This document shows, in pieces, positions 45,701-58,650 of a DNA stretch of 64,000 nucleotides. The notes beneath the pieces were generated by a model. That model had not been told where the DNA came from. It searched no databases and was given only the letters and a program-made list of their open reading frames with translations. The first letter of the stretch is position 1; the number at the start of each line of letters is the position of its first letter. The stretch spans positions 1,364,001 to 1,428,000 of the forward strand of contig NC_134035.1 of NCBI RefSeq assembly GCF_964204645.1, written 5' to 3'. This stretch comes from Tubulanus polymorphus. Taxonomy: Eukaryota > Animalia > Nemertea. The position numbers and the translations under genes were made by a program.

Positions 45701-48700
45701 CACGTGTGTATATATCTGTTGAGATGTGTCGCAAAAATCGTCGATTTCAATAATAATGTGATTTCTCGTTATTATACCAGGTAGTAATAACAATACGGTC
45801 CCTATGACTCCTTGATTCCTTGAAAACTCATTCGAAATGGAGAATGCTTTTCAAGCTGCTCGAAACTCCTTTAATTCGAACAAAATGCCAAATATTCCTT
45901 TAAAACTTATTCGATTTCGAGAAATAGGCAATGAGAAGTTGTACTGTAGACTACACCTAAATCGATACAGTTGGAAACAGGATCTTTTTCTTACAATATT
46001 AAGTGGTTTACAAATAAGAAACTGAGTTTTAGACGTGTCAAGGATGTAAATTTGCTCACAAAACCACCGAATTAATGGTTTTATTGAGATAAGCAAGTAC
46101 CGATTTAGGAATCTACAGTTATTTGGATATGAAAGTGATGCACACGCTTCCTCGAAATTTGAAATTTTTCCTTTAAAACTCTTTATATCAAGGAATGATT
46201 GATTTGTAGGGACTCTGTATATCGTGCTATACTAGGGGAATCGTTCTTCTAGTGTTCTGTACACAGTGGATCTGCCTACCAGTGCTGGCCTACTTTCAGA
46301 ATGATACCGATTATCGTTTCAAACCAGCCAAAAACTACTCAAACAAATTGGCAAATCCCTTGTGAGGCAGATCTGCTGGTTTGTGATATGTTTGTTTCAT
46401 CGATGTCCACTTCATCAAGTTTTAAAAGCGTTGAAAAACCGCGTTCGACCAATAATTCATTAGAATTCCAGTTACTGCTATCAGCATTCTTGTGTCTTTG
46501 ACGTTTTCTGTAAATTGGCGAAAGTAATTTGTATTTGGTGTTAGGCTCGTTCATCTGATGTAATTAGTTCAAGTCCCAGGAGCCGTGCGAGTGTTATACT
46601 GTGGAACTGGGCTCATTAGGTCAGGGTCATTCTGTGTCAGTCGGTTTTTCCTTGATTAATGCGGATGAATCTTTTAGGGGGAATTAATTCGACATGTTGC
46701 TTATTGTCAATGACTGATATATTTGCTGTAGGGACAATAGTTGGAAGAGAGTTTGAACGTAGAACATGATGTAAGAAACTACCAGGGGACCTCATCGCTG
46801 CGACGAATTCCAGGGAACCAGAAAATCTGTTTGTTATACGTTCATTATAACCTGTAGTTCTGGAACAGTGCAACCTCATTAAAATGAACTTCAAGTTTCC
46901 AGAAATCAGTTTGTTATAACTGTAGCCACGCCCAGCATTTTAGGCAAAGGCCAATCTGGGCCAAATCATCTCCGTGTGATCACGGCTCATACGCAGTGGT
47001 CGAAAACTTCAAGATACCCAAAAAGGCACTTGATAGCAAGACTTAATGAGCAGGAGCAGGAGCAGATGATCGGATAGACCTTGCTCTGTATGCAGATGTT
47101 TGTGAACAATACGATTTGTTCCCTGTGAACATTAACTGCTGGACCCAGTTCCACAGTTGTGAGTTAGAGTTAACTGAGTTAAAGTTAGTTCATTTTCAAT
47201 GATTTAACTCAGAGTTAGATCTTAACTCGGAATTATCGAACTGGGCCCCGGTGATCACTCCCAGCGGTCACTCCCAATCCGCAGCTCCATAAGAATGTCC
47301 ACGTATTTGTGATACAGATGTCATATTCTAACAGATGTCATATTCTAACGTAGACACGTGTCATTGATTTGTGATTGATATAGGAGATGCAGCTTGGAGT
47401 AGTTACTCAAGTGTATTACTTGCACTAGGTAACACGTGTTCCTAATTGCTGACGACGTAACCGTAACCGTGGTGAACATTTAACAACCGCAAAATTGAGA
47501 CCCAAATCGGGAGCCAGTTCCGCAGCTGTTCGTTATGGTTGACAACTAGATTAAATCAATTTTCATGGCATGGTTTTATAACTTAACCGTTTCACTGCAA
47601 ACAAGTTGAATTGGGTCCTGTATTTCTATGGGATGAATTGGGTCCTGTATTTCTATGGGATGAATTGGGTCCTGTATTTCTATGGGATGAATTGGGTCCT
47701 GTATTTCTATGGGATGAATTGGGTCCTGTATTTCTATGGGATGATTTGGGTCCTGTATTTCTATGGGATGATTTGGGTCCTGTATTTCTATGGGATGATT
47801 TGGGTCCTGTATTTCTATGGGATGAATTGGGTCCTGTATTTCTATGGGATGAATTGGGTCCTGTATTTCTATGGGATGATTTCACAAATCGATGAAGCAA
47901 ATAGCGTGTGTATTATGTTTAAGCGTCGTCTATGCTGTATTCTGCACAAATCTTCGTAACAAATTAACATTGATTTCTTTCTTCCTTTTTACAGGATGAT
48001 TCTGATTCGTAATAATGTCGCAAATATTACTAATCAATTATCGATAAACGATACTATAAACATTTCAGGAACATGTATTACTGATATTATATACAGCTGC
48101 GTTCTGCATGTTCCTTTTCCCAATCATGGTCAATCAACAGCGAACTGATTTTCAATCAGTCTCCACTCGGTTTACGCGGTTCTCGAATACATTTTACTCT
48201 TGATTTAGAATTATTTTCAATTCCAATGTTTTAACCCTGGGCAGATCTGATTACGACTACTATTCGAGAGTAGTTTCTCCTTTTTGGGAGATAGGAAAAT
48301 ATTCTTAAAAATCTGAATAATTACAAATTCATTTTCAATGAAACTGCATGTACTATCATTGAGAGAAACCCAAAATTTCATTTTTAACAACTGGTTTTTT
48401 TTCTTATGTTTCCAATGGAATCCTTGAATCCATCTTCGGAGATAATCTGAAAAAAATTCAAATTTCATTGTATATTCTCTCAATGGTATTATCAAGACTG
48501 GAAATAGTCTCAACTATTAAAAATACATGTAATATTTTCAGTGTTAATTTACTCTGATTTTTGTTGATGACTTTATATTGATTAGCGACTTGTAGTCTGG
48601 TCTGCTTAGGTTAAAATCTCAACTGGGAACCGTGAAACTGGGTTCTGATTGTTTGGGTTTGAAGCTTCGTTCATTATTGTTTTTAAATGATTTTTGCTTG

Positions 48701-50486
48701 TTGTAAGTTTTAGTTGCTTGTATACAATTAATGTGCGTAGAATTATTCAGTTCATGTAGGCTTCGTAGTTAATTCTGCACCGAGGTCAAAATGTTATTCC
48801 TGGGTCTATTCATCCTCCCTCTGCAGGGATTTGAACCTGATGGCATCGCTACACTCAGCCACGGCACAAAACCTTGCCACACTAGACCGGGTGCGCGGCT
48901 ATATGCGCAGGTTTACCGCATGAAAACTAGCTGCACCAATCAGATTGCCTGTTTTATTATAATTGCTGAGGCAATTTCATGGATAAACTATAAACGGCAA
49001 AAAAACCTGAGCGATAATAAAACGGGATTTCTGATTGGCTAATAATGACATTATCTACGCTGCACATGTAGCTGTGCACACGGTCTAGTGTGGCAGGGTT
49101 TCATACTGTGGCGATATCGATGCCATCAGGTTCAATCAGGACGGGGTCAACTTTGCCCTTGGTCCGAAAAAAATCCCGTGAAGTTGATTACATGTGAATT
49201 TGGTTTATATTTTCATAATTCTTGAAATAATTTTCGTCGATTTCGAATTCGTCGATGATAAAAACGTTTTATTTTCTGACGATTTTTCGATTAGGTACAT
49301 TTCGTGAAGGAATACTTGAAGGCGAATCGCGGCTCGAATTGCGCCGATCCCGGAGATGAAGAGATCGAGAATATTCTCGTTGAAGCGAACACGTTCGGTT
49401 TAGCCTCTCACTTTATGTGGGTTCTCTGGTCACTGATACAATACAACATATCATCAATAGAATTCGATTATTTGGTACGTAGAATATTATTTGTTAACCC
49501 TTTCAGTGCGTCTACACCGCAGTGCGGTGTACGAATCAGTGATGGATTTTGCTAGTACACCGCACTGTGGTGTATTGATTTAATTAGTAATTACTAATTA
49601 TCTCTCTTGAAAGATGGCAGCACCTGTCAAACATAGTGAAATATTAGTAACTAACGATATACCGCGCCAGGGTGTAGACGCACTATAGTGGTATTCCCGT
49701 TAAAATTTTCAAATTATCTCCAGCACTATAAGGTATTTATTAGTCAGCACTGAAAGGGTTAAACTACCATATGTTGCTCTCTAGACCCTGCACCGCCTTT
49801 CAGATATTCGATATTAACTTCATCCCCGTCCTTCAGATTTCCGATCATCCACACTTCACTTCTGTGTTAAGAGCTTCATCCGATACATGTCTAATTGAAA
49901 ATGAACTGTCAACACACAACTTGACATTTTACGGGCACACTTTCAAAAACTGATCCTCCACACATGTGTTCAACACTTCAACTGAGATATTTTTGATTGA
50001 AAATGAACTACGATACTGATCACCAGGATCCAGTTCCACTCATGAGTTGAGATTAGTCCCTTTCAATGTTTTAACTCAAACTGGAACTTAACTTAACTTG
50101 GAACTGTGGAACTGGATCCAAGACTTCAAAAGTTATTGTCTGAAGGGATGCAGGTCAAAAAATTCAAATACATTCTTAGGGTTCTGAGCCAGATTCCACA
50201 GTTGTGACTGAGTTAGAGTTAACTTTTGAGTTAGAATCAGTTCATTTTCAATGTTTTAACTCTAGAATCAAATTTAACTCAGAACTGTGGAACTGGATCC
50301 TGAATTTGGCCAACTAGTCTTTATCTCACAAACAACCACGAGTCTACTGACATGTTTTTTGTTTTCTAATTTCAGGAATACGCGGAAGTTCGACTGGACT
50401 GCTATTACCAGTTGAAGAATAATCTGCCGATATTGCGAAATCAAGAAGGTGCTTACGGTAAAAATGGCGGCGAGACCGACGACTGA
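33744..50486 (+). CDS. Choline/ethanolamine kinase (CHKA/CHKB-like), 9 exon positions with alternative exon 7a/7b, 468/470 aa
   Basis: Exons 33744-34096, 36395-36620, 37205-37338, 37852-37998, 39631-39689, 41611-41698, [42989-43097 or 44962-45076], 49295-49474, 50376-50486. Motifs CREFLGGVW, GGLSN, LLRIYG, LGPKLYGVFPGGRVEEYIP, Brenner motif [58 protein letters not shown]. Start could instead be ATG 33954. Confidence 0.95.
36673..36855. mobile_element. Palindromic Penelope-like remnant (~60-bp near-perfect arms) in choline kinase intron 2
   Basis: TGACGAGAGAAATCCCACAATAACGAAGCCAAGATTGAAAAA.TTCTATATCAGAATGATT and its reverse complement enclose a hammerhead core. Confidence 0.7.
36737..36791 (-). 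ncRNA. Minimal type I hammerhead ribozyme motif
   Basis: Minus strand TTTGAGTAC-GC-CTGATGA-T-GGCTAACA-GT-TGTTAGCC-GAAA-CGTC-GC-TC-CTCAAA: intact CUGAUGA and GAAA, 8-bp stem II, palindromic ACGU stem III, GUC triplet. Confidence 0.65.
42989..43097 (+). CDS. Choline kinase alternative exon 7a (canonical-type)
   Basis: TTTTTGTAG|A GGA TTT... [42 protein letters not shown]; 109 nt, phase 2 to 0. Confidence 0.92.
43811..43969. mobile_element. MITE family D (Harbinger-like) with CTG target duplication
   Basis: CTG|GGCTGGGTTTCATAGA...TCTATGAAACCAGGCC|CTG; tandem pair of relatives at 54906-55118. Confidence 0.75.
44962..45076 (+). CDS. Choline kinase alternative exon 7b (divergent paralogous exon)
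   Basis: TTTCGTTTCAG|G GGC TGC... [44 protein letters not shown]; 115 nt, phase 2 to 0, no stops. Confidence 0.88.
47607..47880. repeat. 27-bp minisatellite, ~10 copies
   Basis: GAATTGGGTCCTGTATTTCTATGGGAT tandem; source of three spurious repetitive ORFs. Confidence 0.97.
48831..49135. mobile_element. ~305-bp fold-back element
   Basis: TTGAACCTGATGGCATCG..GCCACACTAGACCG..CCAATCAGA / TCTGATTGG..CGGTCTAGTGTGGC..CGATGCCATCAGGTTCAA. Confidence 0.8.
49498..49758. mobile_element. piggyBac-like MITE, full length
   Basis: TTAA|CCCTTTCAGTGC ... GCACTGAAAGGG|TTAA; TTAA begins at intron position +20 after exon 8. Confidence 0.85.
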
Positions 50487-52489
50487 ACGGCTGACACGGT
50501 CGCGTGCGCGGGTGTTTCATACTGCTGCGTTTAAAACATCCTCGCGTCATTTTACTGCGGTTTCGACGCAACTGTTCAGATCGTTTATAAACTCGGGACA
50601 TATCGGTATACGCATGAAACGAAAACAAAAACGACTGCCTCCCGCGACCACCAACATCATCACTTTTAGTGCTAATAGTATATAACAGAGTAGTTTATAC
50701 TTTTTTTAAAGCCGTTTAGAATATCAGAATTTTGCCTTTAAAATCGCAGATATGAGTAGGGACTCGGTTACACAGGTGTCGGTTAAGACTTCAAGTTCAA
50801 ATAACAGCCAAAGTCCGTTATAACGCGGCCATCCTTTTAAATGCCACTGCTCACTAAACATGGAGATTTTCTGAGAAAAAATTTGCCCAATCGATGTCAC
50901 ATTTCTGTGATCACGTGGAGATGATTTGGATTCGAATACCATTCTTTATAATGTCAAATTAATGTGATAACATGTTTTATTTGTCCTAACGGTGGCGTTA
51001 TAAAGGACTTTAACTATTGATCATTTCCATCAAATTTCTAAGAGTCAAACTGAGATCTATGAACTGAGTCCTGTTCCGTAGTTTGACTATAATAGAGTTC
51101 CACTGGGCTACCGGCGAGGTTACAGTGGCAAGCGATCATTCGCACTTTTATACTCGATGATCGCACTTCTTCGAAGAAATGGAAAAAGTGCGATCATACG
51201 CGGTAGCCTAAAAATCTCTCGTTCAAATTTCATCGAATATAAACTGATTTCAGCTAACACGGACTGTTAGTTGCGCCATCTGGTGGTCGGATAGCTGGCG
51301 TATCGGTACCTCCGTTGTTAGACGGTCAGAGTCAAATATTACCTCGGGAACTGTGTAACTAACCGGTTTGAATTCATCAACCCTGCCTCAAGGCGAGTCT
51401 ACGTGAAGTAACGATTGATCGGTTGTTATGCTGTATACGTGTATATCATCTACTTAATTTATTGAGCAATTTTTCGAATATTTCGAAGTGAAATGATTTC
51501 TGAGAATTTTCCTGAGTCAACTCGACTGGTGCATTTAATTTCAATATTATATTCTTGCGCGGACTGCCGCAATCTTGCTTATTATTAGACTTTGTAAATC
51601 AGTGGAAATGACGATATTTTCTCAAATCTTTGATGTTAAATGTATTCAACGTTGAATGTTTTTTTTTTTTCCGGTGTACAATGATAAATAACATCGTACA
51701 CCGTGGTCGATTCTACTGAATAGACTTCGAATTGATTCTTATACAGAAATTAAAATGATTAATGTAGAATTGGGACACAGTTTATAATTCATCATTAGCG
51801 AGGTATCAGTCTGCTGCAACCAGGACCCTGTAACTCATCTTACTTGTATTCAAAACTTAACGCGAAATGTTTTTGATTGAAAATAAATTTGAAAAATTGA
51901 ACTTTAGACATTTAATAAGCACACTTTGAAAAACTGCTCGCCCACACTTCACTCTGGGGGGTGTAGGTTCCAGGCTGCAGATTGGTGTGAAGGGGCGCAG
52001 GTTCCAGGCTGTTGCAGATTGATACCTACACTAGGTTCACACAATTGCACACTTAGTGGAAAATGGGAACATTATCTCACAATTATTCATATTTTCGAGC
52101 GTTGAGAGGTGACTCAAAAAATCGTTATATATATAAATTCGACTTCTTCTATTGTTTTGAAAATTGTGAGGGTGATAAATATGGGAACAACAATGGTACC
52201 GTTATTGTATCGATACATTCTAAGAAATACATGTACTTATGGGTCTGGGTGTTTCGGCTGTGACCTTTCTAATCTAATGGCTTCTTAAGTGTTTTATTTT
52301 GTATGAATACTGCTTGATATTTTCTAGTAAAGCACGGAACATTACGAATGACGCGACAAGTTGAACATGTGTAGATATGTACAGTAAAGAAGGATTGTCT
52401 GTAACTGTTTAGTATTTATGGTGAAATTGATTTTTTATGTGCAATAAATATGAACTTGTATAGATTCTTTGAGCACGAATTTGACCAGT

Positions 52490-53091
52490 TGCCTGTGACA
52501 GACTAGGTGATCACTGCCTGGGGAAAACAGTGTGATCACTTCCTGGGACAGACTAGGTGATCACTGCTTGGGACAGACTAGGTGATCACTGCCTGGGGCA
52601 AACAGTGTGATCACTGCCTGGGACAGACTAGGTGATCACTGCCTGGGGCAAACAGTGTGATCACTGCCTGGGACAGACTAGGTGATCACTGCCTGGGGCA
52701 AACAGTGTGATCACTGCCTGGGACAGACTAGGTGATCACTGCCTGGTGCAGACTAGGTGATCACTGCCTGGGGCAAACAGTGTGATCACTTCCTGGGACA
52801 GACTAGGCGATCACTGCCTGGGACAGACTAGGTTATCACTGCCTGGGGCAAACAGTGTGATCACTTCCTGGGACAGACTAGGCGATCACTGCCTCGGACA
52901 GACTAGGTTATCACTGCCTGGGGCAAACAGTGTGATCACTTCCTGGGACAGACTAGGCGATCACTGCCTGGGACAGACTAGGTTATCACTGCCTGGTGCA
53001 GACTAGGTGATCACTGCCTGGGGCAAACAGTGTGATCACTTCCTGGGACAGACTAGGCGATCACTACCTGGGGCAAACAGTGTGATCACTC
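52490..53091. repeat. 25-bp minisatellite with two monomer types in higher-order AB/AAB pattern
   Basis: A=GGGACAGACTAGGTGATCACTGCCT, B=GGGGCAAACAGTGTGATCACTGCCT; palindromic GTGATCAC core. Confidence 0.95.
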
Positions 53092-53798
53092 ACTACCTTG
53101 GAAAGACAAAATGATCAGTCTGAAAATATTGTGAATTTTATTTCTGTTCTTAAGATGAACTTGTATAATGATGTATGCAGTATTTTGAAGGGTTTGATTT
53201 TATCCGGTTAAGCTCTAAGAACATGTTCCACTAGGACTCGATTTCGTTGTTACAAATTTTGAGGGTGTATTTATTTTTTCGGGGACGAAGTGTCTTTCAT
53301 ATTGTGTTTACTGTGATGACGCAATCATGTCAATAATTAAGGGTTGGGTTTATACTAATATATATCGGTGATAGGTCGAGATTTTTGTTCATCGGAAATA
53401 ATCTTTGCTATATATTTTTTTCGAAACTGTATTTGTGAACACGGTGATATTGAATTCATTCAATTGCATCAAAAATCAACTCATTGATTCAAGTTTAAGG
53501 GTTTCTTCTAATCGTCAGGGCTCAGCTCCACAGTTACGAGTTTGAGTTAAAATCGATTCATTTTCAATGAGTTAACTCTGAGTCAGATCTTCAACTCAGC
53601 TCTGGACTGATTTCTGCATGGTGTATTGATGGTGTATTCGACCACTTTTCGGTTATTGTGGGACCCAAGTTCAGGGCCGAATTGTAGTTTGTAGTTTGAA
53701 ACTTCGATTGTGCATTTAATTGATGTATTATTCTAAGATGATGTGGGTATAATATTCCCATTGTAGGTCGAGGACAAACACAATTTACGTGTAATATG

Positions 53799-54042
53799 GG
53801 AGAAATCCTGCAGTAATTCGGCCCAAAATGTAAAGTTCTTGAGTAAAATATTAGTATTGGTTTATATATTTGAGCAACATTTCTTCAGCTAAAGACTATT
53901 GGCCATCATCGGGCGTACTGCAAGTATGTTCCAGTATGCCTGATGATGGCTAATAGTCTTAAGCCGAAACATAGCTCTGAACATATAAACTCTTCTTTTC
54001 AAGACATTTTCATCTTTGGCTGATCTATTGCAGGATTTCTCC
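53799..54042. mobile_element. Palindromic Penelope-like remnant with two divergent hammerhead cores
   Basis: Ends GGAGAAATCCTGCA / TGCAGGATTTCTCC; + core GC-CTGATGA-TGGCT..AGCC-GAAA-CATA-GC (53938-53975); decayed - core at ~53875-53918. Confidence 0.65.
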
Positions 54043-54417
54043 GATAGATTTGATTTTGTAGCAGGGCTAAAAACGTCTGAATTCTAATTCTTCCGCACGG
54101 GCTTATTCTAATTCTAATTCTCAGGCCTAATTGGATTTAAGTTTTAAATGGAATTTTGACGACACGATCAATTTGTAAATTATGTAATTTGCTCAAAATG
54201 TCAAATATATAGATACTCTAAGTACCGTTTGTATTCAACTAATTGTAGTTTATAGTGTAGAAAGTCAAACATTGCGACGAGGCGCTCACATTTAATTTAT
54301 CGTACGTAATTACTTATTTAATCAAATTCTGATTGTAAAATTCTTAGGACCTGGTTCGGCAGTTGTCATTCGATGTTTGAGAACTGCCAAATAGGGTACT
54401 GTTCACTGATACTGATG

Positions 54418-54742
54418 CATCCTCGCTTGCCAGTCTTTGTCCCATCAAAGCTCACGTCAACACCTACCCTGGCTACAGACCCTGCATTGGTCTATTTCAC
54501 CCCCCAAGATTTCTTAGGCGGACAGTTTGCCACTCGGTGTCCACCTGTCTTATGTATTAGGCCAATCAGACGTTGTTTTTCATTGGTAGGTCACCTTATC
54601 ATAGAACCCATCTGATTGGCTCGATACACTGAGTGGCAACCTGTCCGCCTAAGAAAACTTGGGCGGTGTAATAGACCAATAAAGGGTCTGCGCCAGGGTT
54701 TGTGTTGGCGTGAGCTTCGTCAAACCCTGGCAAGCGAGGATG
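54418..54742. mobile_element. ~325-bp fold-back element
   Basis: CATCCTCGCTTGCCAG..CTTAGGCGGACAG..GCCAATCAGA / TCTGATTGGC..CTGTCCGCCTAAG..CTGGCAAGCGAGGATG. Confidence 0.8.
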
Positions 54743-56323
54743 TCACTGATGTTGTCATTGTAATCGGTACATGCCAAAAAATTGTCTCTTCTTGATGGTG
54801 CAAAAATATGTATCGAGTTCTATTAGTAATTTTCTCGCTGATTTCACAGGGGCCTCATACTAAAAGTTTTTGACCCAAGTATTCTAGGTACTTGCCTATC
54901 ATACGGGGGTTGGTTTTATAGACTGGTATTAACTTTAACCCAGGGGTTAACTCAATTCATTTTCAATCGAGTTAGCCCTAGGGTTAGAGATAATACCAGT
55001 CTATAAAACCAACTCCTGGGCTGGGTTTTATAGACTGGTATCAACTTCAACCTGGGGGTTAACTCAATGCAATTTCAATTGCTGGGTCAAAGTTAATACC
55101 AGTCTATAAAACCGGGCCCCGTGGGGTCTAACTTACCTAGGATACTGGGGTTTAAATACTGACCTGGGATACCAGAGTCAGAAACCTTTAGTGTCAGGGC
55201 ACTGTGGCTGATATACTTTGCATGCTCTACTGCATAAACTATATGACCATGATGCATGTAATTTCCAATTTCTAACTCACACACACATCTATGATAAATC
55301 CTGCCATCTTTTTGGTGAATGCTGTTGTATTTGGTGTAAATATACCACGTTCGATGATTAATAATAATGATTTTATGATAATAACAGCCGTGTTTGAATT
55401 TTTCGTTTATTAATAATGTCGGAGAGACATGAGATTTGCGTTAGATTCTGCTCCACGAAAAGTTAAAGCGAATTAGCTATTTCACAGGTTGCTAGCCGCC
55501 GTTTTCTTGGGATACCATGTCTTGCGTTGTTGGGTCATTGTTTTAAATTTATGATGCGGGTTTTATCATATTTCGATGGATGGTTCTTGAAAACATTCAA
55601 AGCGAGTCAATCCCCGTAACCTAATTTCCAATAGATGGCGTACTAGTCACACCTGGCTGCTCAAACTTCTTCAACATGCTTTGGCTGTAGAGATGTCAGG
55701 TGGAAAGTCATTTAAATCAACGAGCAAATATCTCAAGAGATAATTGCTTGAGATAAAACTCACGGGGAGCGCTAGCAGTGGATGATTTTATTCGAACAAA
55801 TAATCACTTAAAATGCCGAAAAAGATGCCGTGGGTAAAATTCGTTTTGCAAAAGAATGAATACCAGTAATTGAGTTTTTAAGGTTTTAGAATTGACGGTT
55901 TTCGATCAACTGCATAAAACAAACCGGTGTATTGTATTAGAAATCACATTTTTCAGTTCAGAAGTTTGCAAGTCGCATGATTAGATCAATGCCCAGCGTC
56001 GCGCACGATTAACTAAACCGTGACCGTGATCCGGACGTGCCCAGATATGCATTTAGTACAATGGTTGTCATTCGACACACGGACTGGCTTACGGTTTAGT
56101 TGTCGGGGAGCTGCAACTAAAGAATATGGAATTCTTTATTGGATTACGCGTTCATCTGATCTATCAACTCATCCTCGTTCACAGCTGAATTTACGAAGCT
56201 GCAACGATCAGTCAAAACTGTTATCGTAGAATAATCGCCGAATAAATGCTCGATTTCGTTGAAGATTGTGACGCTAAGAAATCTGAAAGGAATAAACTAG
56301 TGCAGTATCGGGATATATTGAAT

Positions 56324-57004
56324 CGGACAATGCGCGTGTTCATCGGAATAATAATCAAACGCGATCGCTTTGAAGTGAAACAATGACTTATGTTACATTA
56401 ATGTTAGTGTTGATATCTTTGATTTTCAAACCGCGGTTGTAAAGTTGGATTCCTGTTTGTAGGAAATACGTTGTTCACCTTGGAAAAACTTGTACATTCA
56501 AACTCTTTGTTCATCTCGATAAAACTGCTGCTATCATTATATGGACATGTGTAATATCGGGATATAATTCTCCCAATGTTGATCGCTAATTGATAAAAAC
56601 GGCAATGATAATTGTGTATTAATTGTTTTAGGGTTGATCATGATTCATTTATCCTAAGATATTAAAACTGAGAGGTGAGTCGGATTCCTGTTCTGTTCGT
56701 AACCACTTCAAAACTAAACAAATGGATTATAATTAATATTCCATATTGGTTGTTATCATTGTGAGACTCTTGAGAAGATATTTGATCGGACAATACGTGT
56801 TCATCGGAATAATAATCAAATGCGATCGCTCTTTGAAGTGAAGCAATGACTTATGTTACGTTACTGTTAGTATGACGTGCGAGGTTGATATCTTATATTT
56901 TCAAACCGCGGTTGTAAAGTTGGATTCCTGTTTGTGGTGTGTAAACTGATTCCTGTATTCGGAAATACGTTAATCACCAAGGAATCGCTCGTACATTCAA
57001 ACTC
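56324..57004. repeat. Direct duplication of ~190 bp
   Basis: TCGGACAAT..CATCGGAATAATAATCAAA..TTTTCAAACCGCGGTTGTAAAGTTGGATTCCTGTTTGT at 56324-56504 and 56786-57004. Confidence 0.85.
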
Positions 57005-58650
57005 ATTAGGATGGAACCATTGAGGTGTTTGATGATGCGTAAACTTCATCACGAATACTGGACATAGTGGACTTCAACTGAAATTCATCACAGTTTTACT
57101 TCTTCCGTCAACTTCTTCTGGACTACTAGTGAACTAACCAGACTATATGTGAACTAACTGGACTATTTAGTCAACTAACCGGACTATAAGTGGATTGATA
57201 CTCATAAAAAACAGTCAGTGGTGGACTCCAGGAGGTGTGGAACTCTTATGTGGATTTGTGGAACTCTGTGGACTACCATTACTGCTAATATTAGATTAGA
57301 TAAGATTAATATTAGACAGCGGCTAGTGAATGTGTGAGTATAATTTCTTAAGTTTCCAAAATATCAAATTTGATTATAGTGATATTGAAAGATAATTGAT
57401 TATTCATTTACTATAAATGTAATTGATTTTTTTGGGAGTAAGGTTGGTAGACCGTTTGCTCAAGGGTGAAATATTGAGATTCAATCATAAGCTATACACT
57501 AACGTGCATTGAGTGCTAACGTGTTTTTAAATAGCCATTAAAACCCAGGTATCGAACCAATACAAAAAATTAGAAATTAGTATATGCAGCAAGTGTTAAT
57601 GACCATGGATCCAGCAGATATTTTCACCAAGAACCTAATTAGTCATAAGTGTCTGATTGATTTTACTGTTCGTTGCATAAAATTGTTGTATCCCGGATTG
57701 CTCTTTGTCTCAGCTTTAACGGTTCCTGTAAATGTCGATATTACTCAAATACGGGTTGTTTATCATTATTTGGAAGTTAGCGAAAATTATTGTATCTTAC
57801 AATCAATGATTCAGATTGAACTTGATCCACGATTATTGAAAATCAAAACGTTCTTATCTGAAAACTGTACATTCCAACAAAATACGATCATTTATAATAA
57901 AAGAGAATAGCTTTAATGCTCTGTTTAAAAGTGCTTGTTAATCATATTCAATTTTATAATCACGAAAACTGGTGGTAAATTCTGTAACAATTCCTCCTCG
58001 ATATTTAAAGTTTCTTCAGTCTGTTCTTCCTCGGAGAAAGATACCTCCTCCGTATCAACATAGTGACGTCACGGGTAGAGTTAGGCCGCGTATCGAAATC
58101 TGGTAGGCAGTCTACATCGATATTGGATCCGTGGGCGTCATAATCAGTGTTTGTATCGACAGTTGGTAGACTGTCTACATCTAAATCAAACTCAGGAAAC
58201 TCAGGAAATGTTTTGTACAGGTGGTAAACTGTCGTAGCCAAAATCATCGTGAATGATAGGACCACCAGCCTTATATCGTTTGGTCAGAGATAACTTTCTG
58301 TTTTGTATAGTCAGTCGCTGCTGGCGCTCCTCCGTCCCGAGCGTGGGGCGTAGGGAAATCCGGATTTCGTGTTGGTGTTTAAATTACATTTGAATTATAT
58401 TTATCGTCTAGATTTTAAGCGTCTAAAAAGTTGAATAAATGAGTATGATGTTTTTTTTTTCAAAGAAAGCATTGTATGAATTCCTAGAAATCTAGTGATG
58501 TGTACCCCAGTGGTACCGTAGCTGCGAAATTCAAATTTGGTCAGAAACGGACGATTTCAGTCAGAGTCGACATCGTCACGGCGTTGACCATTGTGGCGTC
58601 CGAATGTGAATGGCCGTGGAATATGTTCGAATGTTTTCCAGTCACAATCG

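Noticed and set aside
47592-47959. Three overlapping repetitive ORFs and a CRISPR-like look
   Set aside because: Pure 27-bp tandem repeat with no unique spacers, in a eukaryotic intron
47996-48130. Possible third alternative exon 7 after a good acceptor (TTTTACAG)
   Set aside because: Open frame has no NHFCEW similarity and no phase-compatible strong donor
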